NCBI GenBank assembly: GCA_041661345.1
Contig: JBAZUO010000004.1
Coordinates: 13,688 to 77,687 of the forward strand
Direction: 5' to 3'
Origin: Candidatus Omnitrophota bacterium
GTDB lineage: Bacteria; Omnitrophota; Gorgyraeia; 2-01-FULL-45-10
DNA: 64,000 nt
Below the pieces are notes generated by a model. The model did not search any database. It was not told the DNA's origin and saw only the letters and a program-made list of their open reading frames with translations. Below, piece after piece: positions 18,337 to 27,826 of this stretch. The first letter of the stretch is position 1; every line of letters begins with the position of its first letter. The translations under genes and the position numbers were made by a program.

Positions 18337-19545
18337 TTATCCTATCTCCTCTATCCTGCTTCTGAATTTTCCCTTGCCCAGTTTCGTCTCGACTATATCG
18401 TCTTTCTTCAATTCGGACGCATCTTTAATTATAAAAGCGCCTGGCAATTTCGTCGTAATGCTGTACCCTCTACCCAATATTGCAAGCGGGCTTAAGGAAT
18501 CAAGTTTCCCAGCGAGAAACTTGAAATTTTCCTGCCGCATCTTCACCAGGTGATCGACCCTTATCGCGAGGCCCTTACGTAAATCATCTATCTTCTGTTC
18601 ATGCTGTATAATTATATTAAGCGGCTGCCTCAGTATATAGCTTTCTTTTAGCGTCGTGAATCTTTCGGTCAGGATATCAAGTTTAGTTGTAAGCGCATTC
18701 CTAAGCCTCGTCGCAGCCGTATTTATAAGATTAGCGAGGTCTTCTTTTCTTGGAATAACGAGCTCCGCCGCTGCGGACGGAGTCGGCGCCCTGAAATCCG
18801 CCACAAAGTCCGATATCGTGTAATCGATCTCGTGCCCGACCGCGCTTATCACCGGAATTTCCGAATCATATATAGCTCTCGCCACAACCTCTTCATTGAA
18901 CGGCCACAGGTCCTCGAGGCTTCCTCCGCCGCGAGTCACTATCATCACGTCGACATTATTCAATTCGTTGAACTGCCTTATCGCGGCGGCAATCTCGTCC
19001 TTTGCGTCGGCGCCCTGCACCTTCACGGGATTTATTATTATTTCGTTATGTGAAAATCTGCGCCTGACGATATTAAGAATGTCGCGGATGGCCGCGCCCG
19101 TCGGGCTGGTGACGATACCGATCCTGGTCGGCAGGTGCGGGATCGCGACTTTATGGCGTTCATCAAACAGGCCTTCCTTTGCCAATCTCTCTTTCAACTG
19201 CTGAAATTGCAGCTGAAGAGCTCCGATGCCTTTAGGCTCTATCTCCTCGACGATCAGCTGATAGTCGCCGCGTGCCTCGTAAACGCTCGCTCTTCCGAAG
19301 CAGATCACCTTCATGCCGTCTTTGGGCTTAAATTTCAGTTTCGCGTTCGAGCGCGCGAACATGGCGCATTTCAGCGTCGAGCCGGCGTCTTTTAACGTGA
19401 AATACATATGCCCGGACGAATGCAGGACGAAGTTCGATATCTCGCCCTCTACCCAGATCGATGGGAACGAGTCCTCGAGAATGACGCGGATATACTTCGT
19501 CAATTCCGAGACGGTATATATATGCTTCTCTTTCTGCTCGTTCAT
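18337..19545 (-). CDS. xseA: Exodeoxyribonuclease VII large subunit.
   Basis: YTVSELTKYIRVILEDSFPSIWVEGEISNF... The start is probably MNEQKEKH at 19545; the track ORF extends to 19623. Confidence 0.9.
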   Translation of the reverse strand: MNEQKEKHIYTVSELTKYIRVILEDSFPSIWVEGEISNFVLHSSGHMYFTLKDAGSTLKCAMFARSNAKLKFKPKDGMKVICFGRASVYEARGDYQLIVEEIEPKGIGALQLQFQQLKERLAKEGLFDERHKVAIPHLPTRIGIVTSPTGAAIRDILNIVRRRFSHNEIIINPVKVQGADAKDEIAAAIRQFNELNNVDVMIVTRGGGSLEDLWPFNEEVVARAIYDSEIPVISAVGHEIDYTISDFVADFRAPTPSAAAELVIPRKEDLANLINTAATRLRNALTTKLDILTERFTTLKESYILRQPLNIIIQHEQKIDDLRKGLAIRVDHLVKMRQENFKFLAGKLDSLSPLAILGRGYSITTKLPGAFIIKDASELKKDDIVETKLGKGKFRSRIEEIG

Positions 19546-19825
19546 GCTACTCCCAAATTTTACGGGTCCTGCCGCTCCCTCGGCTTTTCTTTCTAGGGCT
19601 CGCACGGGGTTCACAATCAACATGTAAAAGCTCGAGTGGTGTCTGTATGCCCGCCAGGATTGCCTGCAACAGGACTATTAAAACTAGGGCGCGGGCTTAC
19701 TATTATGCAATCCTAAACGGCGGGCACCCCCATCCCATGCTCGCCCATAATCGAAAAGCCTTCAGTCGCGTCACCCGTAAAATTTTCTGCCTGCCTTTCA
19801 GTAAAATTTTTCGACTTCTCCAAAA

Positions 19826-20000
19826 ATGTGATGTGGCGATGTGGTGAGCAGGGCCTGAAAATTTTTTGGAGATTGGTCCGCCGACAAAGTCGGCGGGACA
19901 AAAAATTTTCCCCGGAGCGAGGACTGCCGCTGGAGCAGTCCGAGCGTCCCTGCGAACCACGTTGACACAGCACATTACACTGCTATATCGAAAAATTTTT
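19826..20000. repeat. Copy 1 of a ~175-nt structured element: three AnTn tracts, two covarying hairpins and a tandem GATGTGG repeat. It is the inverted homologue of 56320-56495 at the origin.
   Basis: Aligns to the reverse complement of 56320-56495 at about 75% identity. tgtgatgtggcgatgtggtgagc is 23/23 identical. The hairpins ggactgccgctggagcagtcc and ggtttgctccagcggcaaacc differ by compensatory substitutions. Confidence 0.6.
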
Positions 20001-20781
20001 ACCCCAACTTTTTCTGGATACGCTTGATGGAATCTGCTTTTCCTGTCTTATCGTCTATATCTATGATAACGCCGTGGAGCTGAATATCTCCCTCGGCCAT
20101 TTCGAACTTGGTGGGCATCTGGGTGAGAAATCTGTTCAATATCTGCTCTTTCTTCCTGCCGATAACGCCTTCGAACGGCCCGGTCATACCGGCGTCCGAT
20201 ATGAAGGCGGTCCCCTGCGGCAGGATCTTCTCGTCAGCAGTCTGGACATGCGTATGCGTACCGGCTATCGCGCTCACAGATCCATCGAGATACCAACCGA
20301 GCGCGATCTTTTCGCTTGTAGCCTCGGCATGCATATCGACGATTATTATTTGAGCCTTGCCTTTAAGCCTTTCGACTTCCCTTTTGGCAGTTTTGAACGG
20401 GCACTCGACAGCCTGCATAAAGATACGGCCAATGAGGTTTATAACTCCGACGGAGACGCCGGATTCAGAGCGCACAACTGTCGAGCCGGACCCCGGCGCG
20501 TCGTTCGGATAGTTTGCCGGCCTTAAAAGCCTTGCGTCCGAAGCGAGTTTATCGTATATCTCTTTTCTCTTCCATATGTGGTCGCCGGAGGTAAGGACAT
20601 CGATACCGTAGTTAAACAGCTCGTCGGCAAGGGCCGGCGTAACGCCGCTTCCGGCGGCGACATTCTCGCAATTTGCGACGACGAATTCCACGCCTTCCGA
20701 TTTTTTTATCTTCGGGAGCAGTTCCTTTATCGCGCGCCTTCCCGGCTCGCCGACTATATCACCGATGAATAATATCTTCAT
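19999..20781 (-). CDS. ymdB: YmdB-like metallophosphoesterase (2',3'-cyclic-nucleotide phosphodiesterase, TIGR00282).
   Basis: [11 protein letters not shown]...NCENVAAG...GDHIW...MHAEATSEK. It lies downstream of rny, as in Bacillus. Confidence 0.85.
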   Translation of the reverse strand: MKILFIGDIVGEPGRRAIKELLPKIKKSEGVEFVVANCENVAAGSGVTPALADELFNYGIDVLTSGDHIWKRKEIYDKLASDARLLRPANYPNDAPGSGSTVVRSESGVSVGVINLIGRIFMQAVECPFKTAKREVERLKGKAQIIIVDMHAEATSEKIALGWYLDGSVSAIAGTHTHVQTADEKILPQGTAFISDAGMTGPFEGVIGRKKEQILNRFLTQMPTKFEMAEGDIQLHGVIIDIDDKTGKADSIKRIQKKLG

Positions 20782-22352
20782 TTGGCGTATTCCACGGCTC
20801 TCGTCTCGCGTATCACGGTCACCTTTATCTGGCCCGGATATTCTAGGCCTTCCTCGATCTTCTTGGTTATATCGCGCGCCAGCACCGCCGCCTGCGCGTC
20901 ATTGATCTTCTCGGGCTGAACTATCACGCGTATCTCGCGGCCCGCCTGGATCGCGTATGCCTTGTCGACACCCTTGAACGAATCGGCGATCGACTCCAAT
21001 TTCTCAAGCCTTTTCACATACGTCTCGAGCGTCTCGCGTCTCGCGCCCGGACGCGACGCGCTTATCGCGTCCCCCGCCTGGACGAGCACCGCCAGAAGCG
21101 TCTTTGGCTCGATATCCTGATGGTGCGCCTCTATCGCATGGCATATATTTTCGCTCTCGCCGTACTTTCTGGCAAGATCGGCGCCCAGCTTCGAGTGCGT
21201 TCCCTCCACTTCATGGCTTATGGCTTTACCTATATCGTGCAGAAGCCCTATCCTCTTCGCCAGGCTGAAGTCGAGTTTCAGTTCGCTCGCCATAACACCC
21301 ATAAGGTTCGCGACTTCTTTCGAATGCTCAAGCACATTCTGCCCGTAACTGGTCCTATATCTTAACCGTCCTAATAATTTTATTATTTCCGGATGAACGC
21401 CGTGTAGGCCTGTATCGAATAGCGCCTTTTCGCCTTCTTCTTTTATCGTCGTCTCCATATCCTTCTTAACCTTTTCCACAACCTCTTCGATCCTGCCCGG
21501 ATGAATGCGGCCGTCTTGAAGAAGCTTCTCCAACGCAAGACGGGCTATCTCTCTCTTTATAGGATCGAACCCGGAAAGTATTACGGCCTCCGGCGTATCG
21601 TCGATGATAACATCAATGCCGGTAGCTATTTCGAGCGCGCGGATATTCCTTCCCTCGCGGCCTATGATCCTGCCCTTCATCTCATCGCTGGGCAGGTGCA
21701 CTACGCTTACCGTCGTCTCGACGGTGTGCTCCGCAGCGCATCTTTGTATCGCCAGGCCTATTATCTTGCGGGCTTCCTTGTCGGCCTTTTCCTTTGCCTC
21801 ATCCTCGGTTCTCTTTATCATTATGGCTGCTTCCTGCTTCACTTCGTCCTCAAGTTTTCTTAAGAGAAGCTGCCTTGCCTCGTCCCTGGTCATGCCGGAA
21901 ATGTTCTGGAGCTTCTCTTTTTCTTCCTGTAATACTTTCTCTATCTCTCTTTCCTTCGATACATATAATTTTTCTCTATCAACTAAAGAATTGCCGCGCC
22001 GCTCGACATCTTTTTCTTTTCTGTCGATGACATCGACCTTTCTGTCAAGATTCTCTTCTTTCTGGATCAGCCTCTTCTCCAGGATCACCAGTTCCTGGCG
22101 GCGATCCTTCGTCTCCTTTTCAAATTCTGTCCTCAGCTTCAATAAAAGATCCTTGGCATGAAGCTCCGCCTCATGGCGGATCTTATCGGCCTCTGATTTG
22201 GCCGTTTCCGTCAGTTTTTTCGCCTTATCCTCTGCATTCTTTACCTTCTTCTTGGCATGGTATTTCCTTAAAAAATAACCAAGGGCAAAAAATACGGATG
22301 CGGCAAGCGCAGCAAGCCCTATGTAGATCGCGGTAACTTCCTGATGTTGCAT
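20778..22352 (-). CDS. rny: Ribonuclease Y.
   Basis: N-terminal TM helix, coiled coil, KH domain [15 protein letters not shown], and HD domain LLHDIGKA. Confidence 0.9.
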   Translation of the reverse strand: MQHQEVTAIYIGLAALAASVFFALGYFLRKYHAKKKVKNAEDKAKKLTETAKSEADKIRHEAELHAKDLLLKLRTEFEKETKDRRQELVILEKRLIQKEENLDRKVDVIDRKEKDVERRGNSLVDREKLYVSKEREIEKVLQEEKEKLQNISGMTRDEARQLLLRKLEDEVKQEAAIMIKRTEDEAKEKADKEARKIIGLAIQRCAAEHTVETTVSVVHLPSDEMKGRIIGREGRNIRALEIATGIDVIIDDTPEAVILSGFDPIKREIARLALEKLLQDGRIHPGRIEEVVEKVKKDMETTIKEEGEKALFDTGLHGVHPEIIKLLGRLRYRTSYGQNVLEHSKEVANLMGVMASELKLDFSLAKRIGLLHDIGKAISHEVEGTHSKLGADLARKYGESENICHAIEAHHQDIEPKTLLAVLVQAGDAISASRPGARRETLETYVKRLEKLESIADSFKGVDKAYAIQAGREIRVIVQPEKINDAQAAVLARDITKKIEEGLEYPGQIKVTVIRETRAVEYAK

Positions 22353-22437
22353 GGTGTCCTCCGATTTTTCGATAGAAAAATCGTTCCTAGAACGCGACCA
22401 AAGGAAGCGTTCGAGGAACCTCTATCTTTGAGTTAGG

Positions 22438-22986
22438 CTATGCTGTGATGGTTTTCCAGACGGGAATATCGTGTGAGTCTTTCGGAAGATCTTCAACGAC
22501 TTGGAAGTCGAAAGCGAGGCCTATGGTTCTGGTGCCATTCGGTATGCCTGATAGGAATCTATCGTAGTACCCATGCCCTCGGCCCAGCCTCATATTGCTC
22601 TTATCAAAGGCTACCCCGGGGACAATAACTAAGTCTATATTTTCTAAAGGCACTTCTTTCACATGCCCTTCCTTAGGCTGATAGATTCCGAAATGCTGGC
22701 GTTCCAAATCTTCGCTCCTATTCCTGATTTCACCTGCTACTAGCCGCTTTTCTTCTTTAAGAATCACGGGAACACAAACCCTCTTTCCCGCCTTTACCGC
22801 CTCGTCTATCATCGAAAGTGTGCTAACCTCATCCTTTAACGAGACGTAAAACATCACTACACTAGCTTTTTTGAACTCCTCTTCATTAAATAACTTGCCC
22901 TTAATTATATCACTTTTCCTGGATTTTTCAAGGTCTGAACGATCTTTTATCTTTTGGCGTATGTGATGACGTATTTTGTGCTTCAT
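22438..22986 (-). CDS. 5-formyltetrahydrofolate cyclo-ligase.
   Basis: VVMFYVSLKDEV...VPGVAFDKSNMRLGRGHGYYDRFL. Confidence 0.8.
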   Translation of the reverse strand: MKHKIRHHIRQKIKDRSDLEKSRKSDIIKGKLFNEEEFKKASVVMFYVSLKDEVSTLSMIDEAVKAGKRVCVPVILKEEKRLVAGEIRNRSEDLERQHFGIYQPKEGHVKEVPLENIDLVIVPGVAFDKSNMRLGRGHGYYDRFLSGIPNGTRTIGLAFDFQVVEDLPKDSHDIPVWKTITA

Positions 22987-22995
22987 GCTTAATTT

Positions 22996-23385
22996 TTAGG
23001 CTTTTTTCTTCTTTTTAGCTAAATAATCATCTATCGCGGATCTCAGCGCCTGTTCGGCAAGCACCGAACAATGCATCTTTATCTTTGGTAATCCGCCAAG
23101 CGCCTCGGCCACCGCGTGATTTGAAACTTTTAGCGCCTCGGGAATGGTTTTGCCTTTAACAAGTTCGGTAACCATGCTGGATGTAGCTATGGCCGCTCCG
23201 CAACCGAATGTCTTAAACTTAGCATCTGTGATGATCTCGTTTTCGCCGACCTTTATATAAAGCCTCATTATGTCCCCGCAGACGGGATTCCCGACGTTGC
23301 CGATACCGCTGGCGTCCGGGATCTCACCGACATTGCGCGGGTTCCTGAAGTGCTCCATCACCTTTTCCGAATATTGCCCTTCCAT
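22996..23385 (-). CDS. iscU: Fe-S cluster assembly scaffold of the IscU/NifU N-terminal type.
   Basis: GNPVCGDIMRLYIKV...FGCGAAIATSSM...HCSVLAEQAL. Confidence 0.85.
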   Translation of the reverse strand: MEGQYSEKVMEHFRNPRNVGEIPDASGIGNVGNPVCGDIMRLYIKVGENEIITDAKFKTFGCGAAIATSSMVTELVKGKTIPEALKVSNHAVAEALGGLPKIKMHCSVLAEQALRSAIDDYLAKKKKKA

Positions 23386-23386
23386 T

Positions 23387-24556
23387 TTATTTGCCTTTCT
23401 CGTATAGCGGCGACATATCGCGAAGCCGCTTGATTATCGGAGGCAGGACCTGCAAAACGTAGTCCATATCTTCCTTCGTATTATCTCTTCCCAAAGAAAA
23501 TCTTATCGAACCCTGCGTCTCGGCCGGATCAACGCCCATCGCAGTTAATACATGGGACGGCTCAAGACTGCCCGAGGTGCAGGCAGAACCCGTCGAAACC
23601 GCGATACCTTCCATGTCAAGATTTAAGACTATCGATTCTCCCTCGAGATATTTGAATCCGACGTTCAGCGTATTGGGCAGCCTCTTTTCGGGATGGCCGT
23701 TTAAACGCACTGACTCGATCCTGGATATGATACCTTTATAAAGGTAATCTCTTAAGGCCGTCAGATCTTTATTCTCGATGAGCGTTTCTTTCTTCGCAAG
23801 CCGGGCGGCTTCGCCCAACCCTACAATACCGGCGACGTTTTCAGTCCCGGCGCGTTTTCCCATCTCATGGTGGCCGCCCTGCATCTGCGGCGAAATTTTC
23901 GTCCCCTTCCTGATGTAGAGCGCACCTACGCCTTTTGGCCCGTAAATTTTATGCGCTGACATCGAAAGAAGATCTATGTTCGAATTCTTTACCTCCAACG
24001 GAACCTTTCCAACCGCCTGGACCGCGTCGGTATGAAAACATATGCCCTTCCCTTTTGCTATCTTTGCCGCCTCTTCTATCGGCTCTATTGTACCGACCTC
24101 GTTATTCGCGTACATTATCGATATAAGTATCGTCTTATCCGTTATCGCCTTCTTCAAATCCTCCGGGTCGATAATGCCATATTTATCAACCTTCAAGCAT
24201 GTTACCTTGCAACCTTCTTTCTCCAAAAATTTACATACATTCAGCACAGCGTGGTGTTCGATCGAGGATGTTATGATATGGTTGCCTTTCGCCTTCAGCG
24301 CGTGAGCTACGCCCTTCACCGCTAAATTATCGGCCTCCGTGCCGCTGCCGGTAAATATTATCTCCTCCTGACTTGAGGCGCCCAAAAGAGACGCTACATT
24401 CTGCCGCGCCTGATCAATTGCCTGCCGCGCAGCCCTGCCGAACCCATGCACGCTCGACGCGTTACCGTAAATATCCTTATAGTATGGAAGCATCGCCCCT
24501 AAAACCTCTTCCCGCATCTTTGTTGTGGCGTTATTATCTAAATATACTTTCCGCAT
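23387..24556 (-). CDS. iscS: Cysteine desulfurase.
   Basis: FTGSGTEADNLAVKG...TSSIEHHAVLN...SMSAHKIYGPKGVGALYIRKG...SGSACTSGS. Confidence 0.9.
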   Translation of the reverse strand: MRKVYLDNNATTKMREEVLGAMLPYYKDIYGNASSVHGFGRAARQAIDQARQNVASLLGASSQEEIIFTGSGTEADNLAVKGVAHALKAKGNHIITSSIEHHAVLNVCKFLEKEGCKVTCLKVDKYGIIDPEDLKKAITDKTILISIMYANNEVGTIEPIEEAAKIAKGKGICFHTDAVQAVGKVPLEVKNSNIDLLSMSAHKIYGPKGVGALYIRKGTKISPQMQGGHHEMGKRAGTENVAGIVGLGEAARLAKKETLIENKDLTALRDYLYKGIISRIESVRLNGHPEKRLPNTLNVGFKYLEGESIVLNLDMEGIAVSTGSACTSGSLEPSHVLTAMGVDPAETQGSIRFSLGRDNTKEDMDYVLQVLPPIIKRLRDMSPLYEKGK

Positions 24557-24568
24557 ATGATCAACCTT

Positions 24569-25216
24569 TTATATTGTAAGCTGCCTGGGCTTTGTGGCCT
24601 TTGTATGGTCTTTAGGCGGCTTGGTCGACTTCAATAGATCAAGCCGGCCCTTTTTCTTTAACTCATTATATATCAATATCCAGGTACAGTCCCTATTTTT
24701 ATCGACCTCGCACTTTCCTTTATCCTGTCCGCCGCACGGGCCGTTCAAAAGGGATTTCGGGCAGCGCGTTATCGGGCAGATCAAACCTGTAAGTTCAAGT
24801 ATGCAATCACCGCAGGCCGAACATTTCTCCAAAAATGTGCCGGTTGAATCGATCGCACCCATGAAGAGCGTATCGCATCCAACATGAACAGCCTTATCTG
24901 CCCTTAGGTTCTCTTTTACCGATTGGATACCGAGGCCGCATGCCATTACAAGCACTGCGTCGGAAGATTCTATTAATTTCCTGTTTTTAGCGAGCTCCAA
25001 CTTAACTTTTGCCGCAATACACGGCGCTTCTGGCACACAATACCCGGTAATATGTTTACCTTCCTTCTCGAGGGTTTCCTTAATCTTCTTAATTTCCTCC
25101 TCGCCGCCCGTCTTGCAGGTCGTCGAGCATTCCCCGCAGCCGATCAGAAATATATTCTTCCCGCCTTCGAGATATTTCAGTATATCTTTTAATTCTTTCT
25201 GCTTCGTAATGACCAT
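24569..25216 (-). CDS. Cys-rich Fe-S protein with an MTHFR C-terminal-like zinc-ribbon domain.
   Basis: LIGCGECSTTCKTGG...CPITRCPKSLLNGPCGG. The start is taken at MVITKQ (ATGA overlap with the upstream Nfu-like gene). Family assignment is by motif. Confidence 0.45.
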   Translation of the reverse strand: MVITKQKELKDILKYLEGGKNIFLIGCGECSTTCKTGGEEEIKKIKETLEKEGKHITGYCVPEAPCIAAKVKLELAKNRKLIESSDAVLVMACGLGIQSVKENLRADKAVHVGCDTLFMGAIDSTGTFLEKCSACGDCILELTGLICPITRCPKSLLNGPCGGQDKGKCEVDKNRDCTWILIYNELKKKGRLDLLKSTKPPKDHTKATKPRQLTI

Positions 25217-25218
25217 AC

Positions 25219-25440
25219 CTATATCACCGCTTCGACTTTCTTTACCTCCGGCACCGCTTTTTTGAGCTCCGCCTGGACGAAGTTGGTTAGGGTCATCTGG
25301 CTCATCGGACAACCGCTGCACGCGCCTTTAAGGCGCACCTTCACAACACCTTTATCGATACTTACCAATTCGATATCCCCGCCGTCCTGCTTTAAACCAT
25401 TGCGGATCCCCTCTAATGCCTTCTCGATCTTCTCTTTCAT
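25219..25440 (-). CDS. NifU C-terminal (Nfu-type) domain protein.
   Basis: GGDIELVSIDKGVVKVRLKGACSGCPMSQMTL. Confidence 0.75.
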   Translation of the reverse strand: MKEKIEKALEGIRNGLKQDGGDIELVSIDKGVVKVRLKGACSGCPMSQMTLTNFVQAELKKAVPEVKKVEAVI

Positions 25441-25934
25441 TTCAGTAGCTCCTTTATGTCGTTTTCGAACACGGATTTCGGCCTGGCGCCGATATAAAAT
25501 CTAACGATCTTCAAATCCCTATCCAGCACGAACGTCGTCGGGATCGATCTGATCGGGCCGTAAAGGCCGCTCACCTTTTCGTCGTCCATAACTACAGGAT
25601 AATTTATGCCCTTCTGAGAGGCAAACTTCTTTGACTCATCCATATTAACAAGGCTCACGCCGATCATCACGAAGCCTTTATCTCCGTACGCCTTCTGCAG
25701 TTCTATGAAATCCGGTATCTCCTGCCTGCACGGCGGGCACCAGCTCGCGAAAAAATCGAGGATCACGACCTTACCCTTAAATTCCGAAAGAGATACCGTT
25801 TTCCCATCTATACTATGAAGGGTGAAGTCCGGGGCTGTTTCTCCGATCTCAACCGCGCTGCTCTTGGCGCATGCGCCGAGTAAAAACAAAGCTGCTATAA
25901 AGGCAAAAATTTTAGATGATGCCATTTTTTTCAT
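25437..25934 (-). CDS. TlpA/ResA-like thiol-disulfide oxidoreductase lipoprotein.
   Basis: Lipobox LLGAC and the redoxin motif FFASWCPPCRQEIP. Confidence 0.8.
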   Translation of the reverse strand: MKKMASSKIFAFIAALFLLGACAKSSAVEIGETAPDFTLHSIDGKTVSLSEFKGKVVILDFFASWCPPCRQEIPDFIELQKAYGDKGFVMIGVSLVNMDESKKFASQKGINYPVVMDDEKVSGLYGPIRSIPTTFVLDRDLKIVRFYIGARPKSVFENDIKELLK

Positions 25935-25945
25935 ATCGTTTCCCC

Positions 25946-26668
25946 CTATCTTGTAAAGCCTGTCAAAAATTTTTCCGACATTACCGATAAATAGCCCGTG
26001 GCGACTAAAATCCCGACAATTATTAAAAATGCTCCTCCAACAATATTAATAACACCGATAATCTTCTTAAACCTGTTGAAGTATTCCAGAAATACATCTA
26101 CGAGAAGCCCCGTTAGGAAAAACGGTACGGCTACGCCGAGCGAATAGGCGGTCAGAAGCACAGCGCCCTGGGCAACATTCGCCTTGGTGCCCGCCAATAC
26201 AAGTATCGAGCCAAGTATCGGCCCCGCGCACGGCGTCCAGGCCGCGGCGAACGTAACGCCGACCAGGAAAGATCCGACATAACTGGCGCCTTTTTTCGAA
26301 TATTTAAACCGCCATTCTCTCATAAGAAAACCGAGCCTCAAAATGCCCGTCAGATAAAGGCCAAATACCGCTATCAATATGCCGCCGGCGATCCTTATAT
26401 ACTTCTGGTACGCGAAAAGCGTTTTTCCTATAAATGTCGCCGTAAGGCCCAAGAGGATGAATACAACTGAAAACCCAGCTATGAAAAAAATGCTGTGTAA
26501 AACAGCCTTTTTCCTTACCTCGGCCTTCTTACCCTCAGCCCTAAGCTCGCTGAACGAAACCCCTGTTATATAGGCTATAAACGACGGCACAAGCGGCAGG
26601 ATGCACGGCGAGAGAAACGTTAAAATACCGGCTGTGAATGCTACTATGTACGATACATGTTCCTGCAT
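25946..26668 (-). CDS. ccdA: Cytochrome c-type biogenesis thiol-disulfide transporter, CcdA/DsbD family.
   Basis: FLSPCILPLVPSFIAYITG...AAWTPCAGPILGSIL. Confidence 0.8.
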   Translation of the reverse strand: MQEHVSYIVAFTAGILTFLSPCILPLVPSFIAYITGVSFSELRAEGKKAEVRKKAVLHSIFFIAGFSVVFILLGLTATFIGKTLFAYQKYIRIAGGILIAVFGLYLTGILRLGFLMREWRFKYSKKGASYVGSFLVGVTFAAAWTPCAGPILGSILVLAGTKANVAQGAVLLTAYSLGVAVPFFLTGLLVDVFLEYFNRFKKIIGVINIVGGAFLIIVGILVATGYLSVMSEKFLTGFTR

Positions 26669-26669
26669 A

Positions 26670-26891
26670 TTATTGTAGCTGCGTTACTCTCATCTTTATC
26701 ACAGCCATCTCCTGCTTAATAAAATTTATGGACTCCATTATCGCCTTTTGATTAGTCAATATCGCGTCAAGCTTCCTTAATATGTCCGAATCTCCGGCGG
26801 CATTTTGCGCCCTCAAGGAACCGGTTGATATAAATAATACGCTCGCGATGACTGATAATATAACCAGGCATACTATGATATTCTTTTTCAT
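26670..26891 (-). CDS. Hypothetical small secreted coiled-coil protein.
   Basis: Signal peptide MKKNIIVCLVILSVIASVLFISTGSLRAQ. No recognisable family. Confidence 0.35.
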   Translation of the reverse strand: MKKNIIVCLVILSVIASVLFISTGSLRAQNAAGDSDILRKLDAILTNQKAIMESINFIKQEMAVIKMRVTQLQ

Positions 26892-26917
26892 CTGGCCCTC
26901 CATTTTTGACCTATATC

Positions 26918-27823
26918 TTACCACAAACTCTGGGCAACTTGAAATCCAATTCCGAGCATAAGCGTCAACACGATCAACGTACCTAAAAATATAGTTAAAA
27001 CCTTAGTGCCGTACTCTTTTCCTAAGACAAGCATCGTTCCGTAGCTCGTTACCGGCCCTATCAGGAGAAGCGTCATCGCGGCGCCCAGGCTCATTCCCTG
27101 CCCTATGAGGCTGTCAACTAATGGAACGCTTGCCGTCGAGCATATATATGTCAATACACCGAATACTATACTGAATACGTAGCCGAACCACCCGCTTAAA
27201 TATAATTTTACAAGGTGCCCTATGGGAATGAATGTCGCCACAAACGCGGCTAATATTATCCCTATCAAGAGCTCGAGGCCTATCTCTTTGGGAAGATCGA
27301 TGTACGCGTATTTTAGCGCTGATATCATCTTAATTTTAAGTGATTTTTTTTGATGCGTATGAATATGTTCCGGATTTAATTCACAGTGCGGACAGGTTAT
27401 CTTCTCATGCGTCTTTTGGGTGTATGGAATCATATTGCCGATTATACCCATCGCAAGACCCATCGCTATTACGGCAAAGAAGATATATACGGTAAATCCC
27501 AGGCCGAGGACACTGTAGGCAACCAAGAGGGCACTAACGCTCGTCGCCGGAGTAGCCACGAGAAAGGCAAGCACGGGGCCAAGACGGGCGCCTTTCTTGT
27601 AGAAACTTATCGCTATAGGAAGGCTGCCCCAACAGCAGATCGGCAACAGAGTCCCGATGAGGGTTGAGTAGAATATTGGTTTTATGCCGCCTGCGCCCAG
27701 ATATCTCAGGACCTTGTCTTCGGGGATAAGTTCGTGAACGAACCCGCTTATCAGAAATCCTATCGCCAGGGCAGGCACTACTTCGATACAGTAGTGAATA
27801 AATACCCGGATAAAATCCTGCAT
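26918..27823 (-). CDS. Predicted permease of the PF03773 (ArsP/DUF318-like) family, with a CPHC..H.H.H metal-binding loop.
   Basis: LPICCWGSLP Cys motif and CPHCELNPEHIHTH. Confidence 0.55.
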   Translation of the reverse strand: MQDFIRVFIHYCIEVVPALAIGFLISGFVHELIPEDKVLRYLGAGGIKPIFYSTLIGTLLPICCWGSLPIAISFYKKGARLGPVLAFLVATPATSVSALLVAYSVLGLGFTVYIFFAVIAMGLAMGIIGNMIPYTQKTHEKITCPHCELNPEHIHTHQKKSLKIKMISALKYAYIDLPKEIGLELLIGIILAAFVATFIPIGHLVKLYLSGWFGYVFSIVFGVLTYICSTASVPLVDSLIGQGMSLGAAMTLLLIGPVTSYGTMLVLGKEYGTKVLTIFLGTLIVLTLMLGIGFQVAQSLW

Positions 27824-27826
27824 CTC

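Noticed and set aside
19827-19849. The tandem GATGTGG repeats as DnaA boxes.
   Set aside because: Only 5-6 of 9 positions match TGTGGATAA, with mismatches at the most conserved A/T positions. Genuine boxes are present at 56573-56636 instead.
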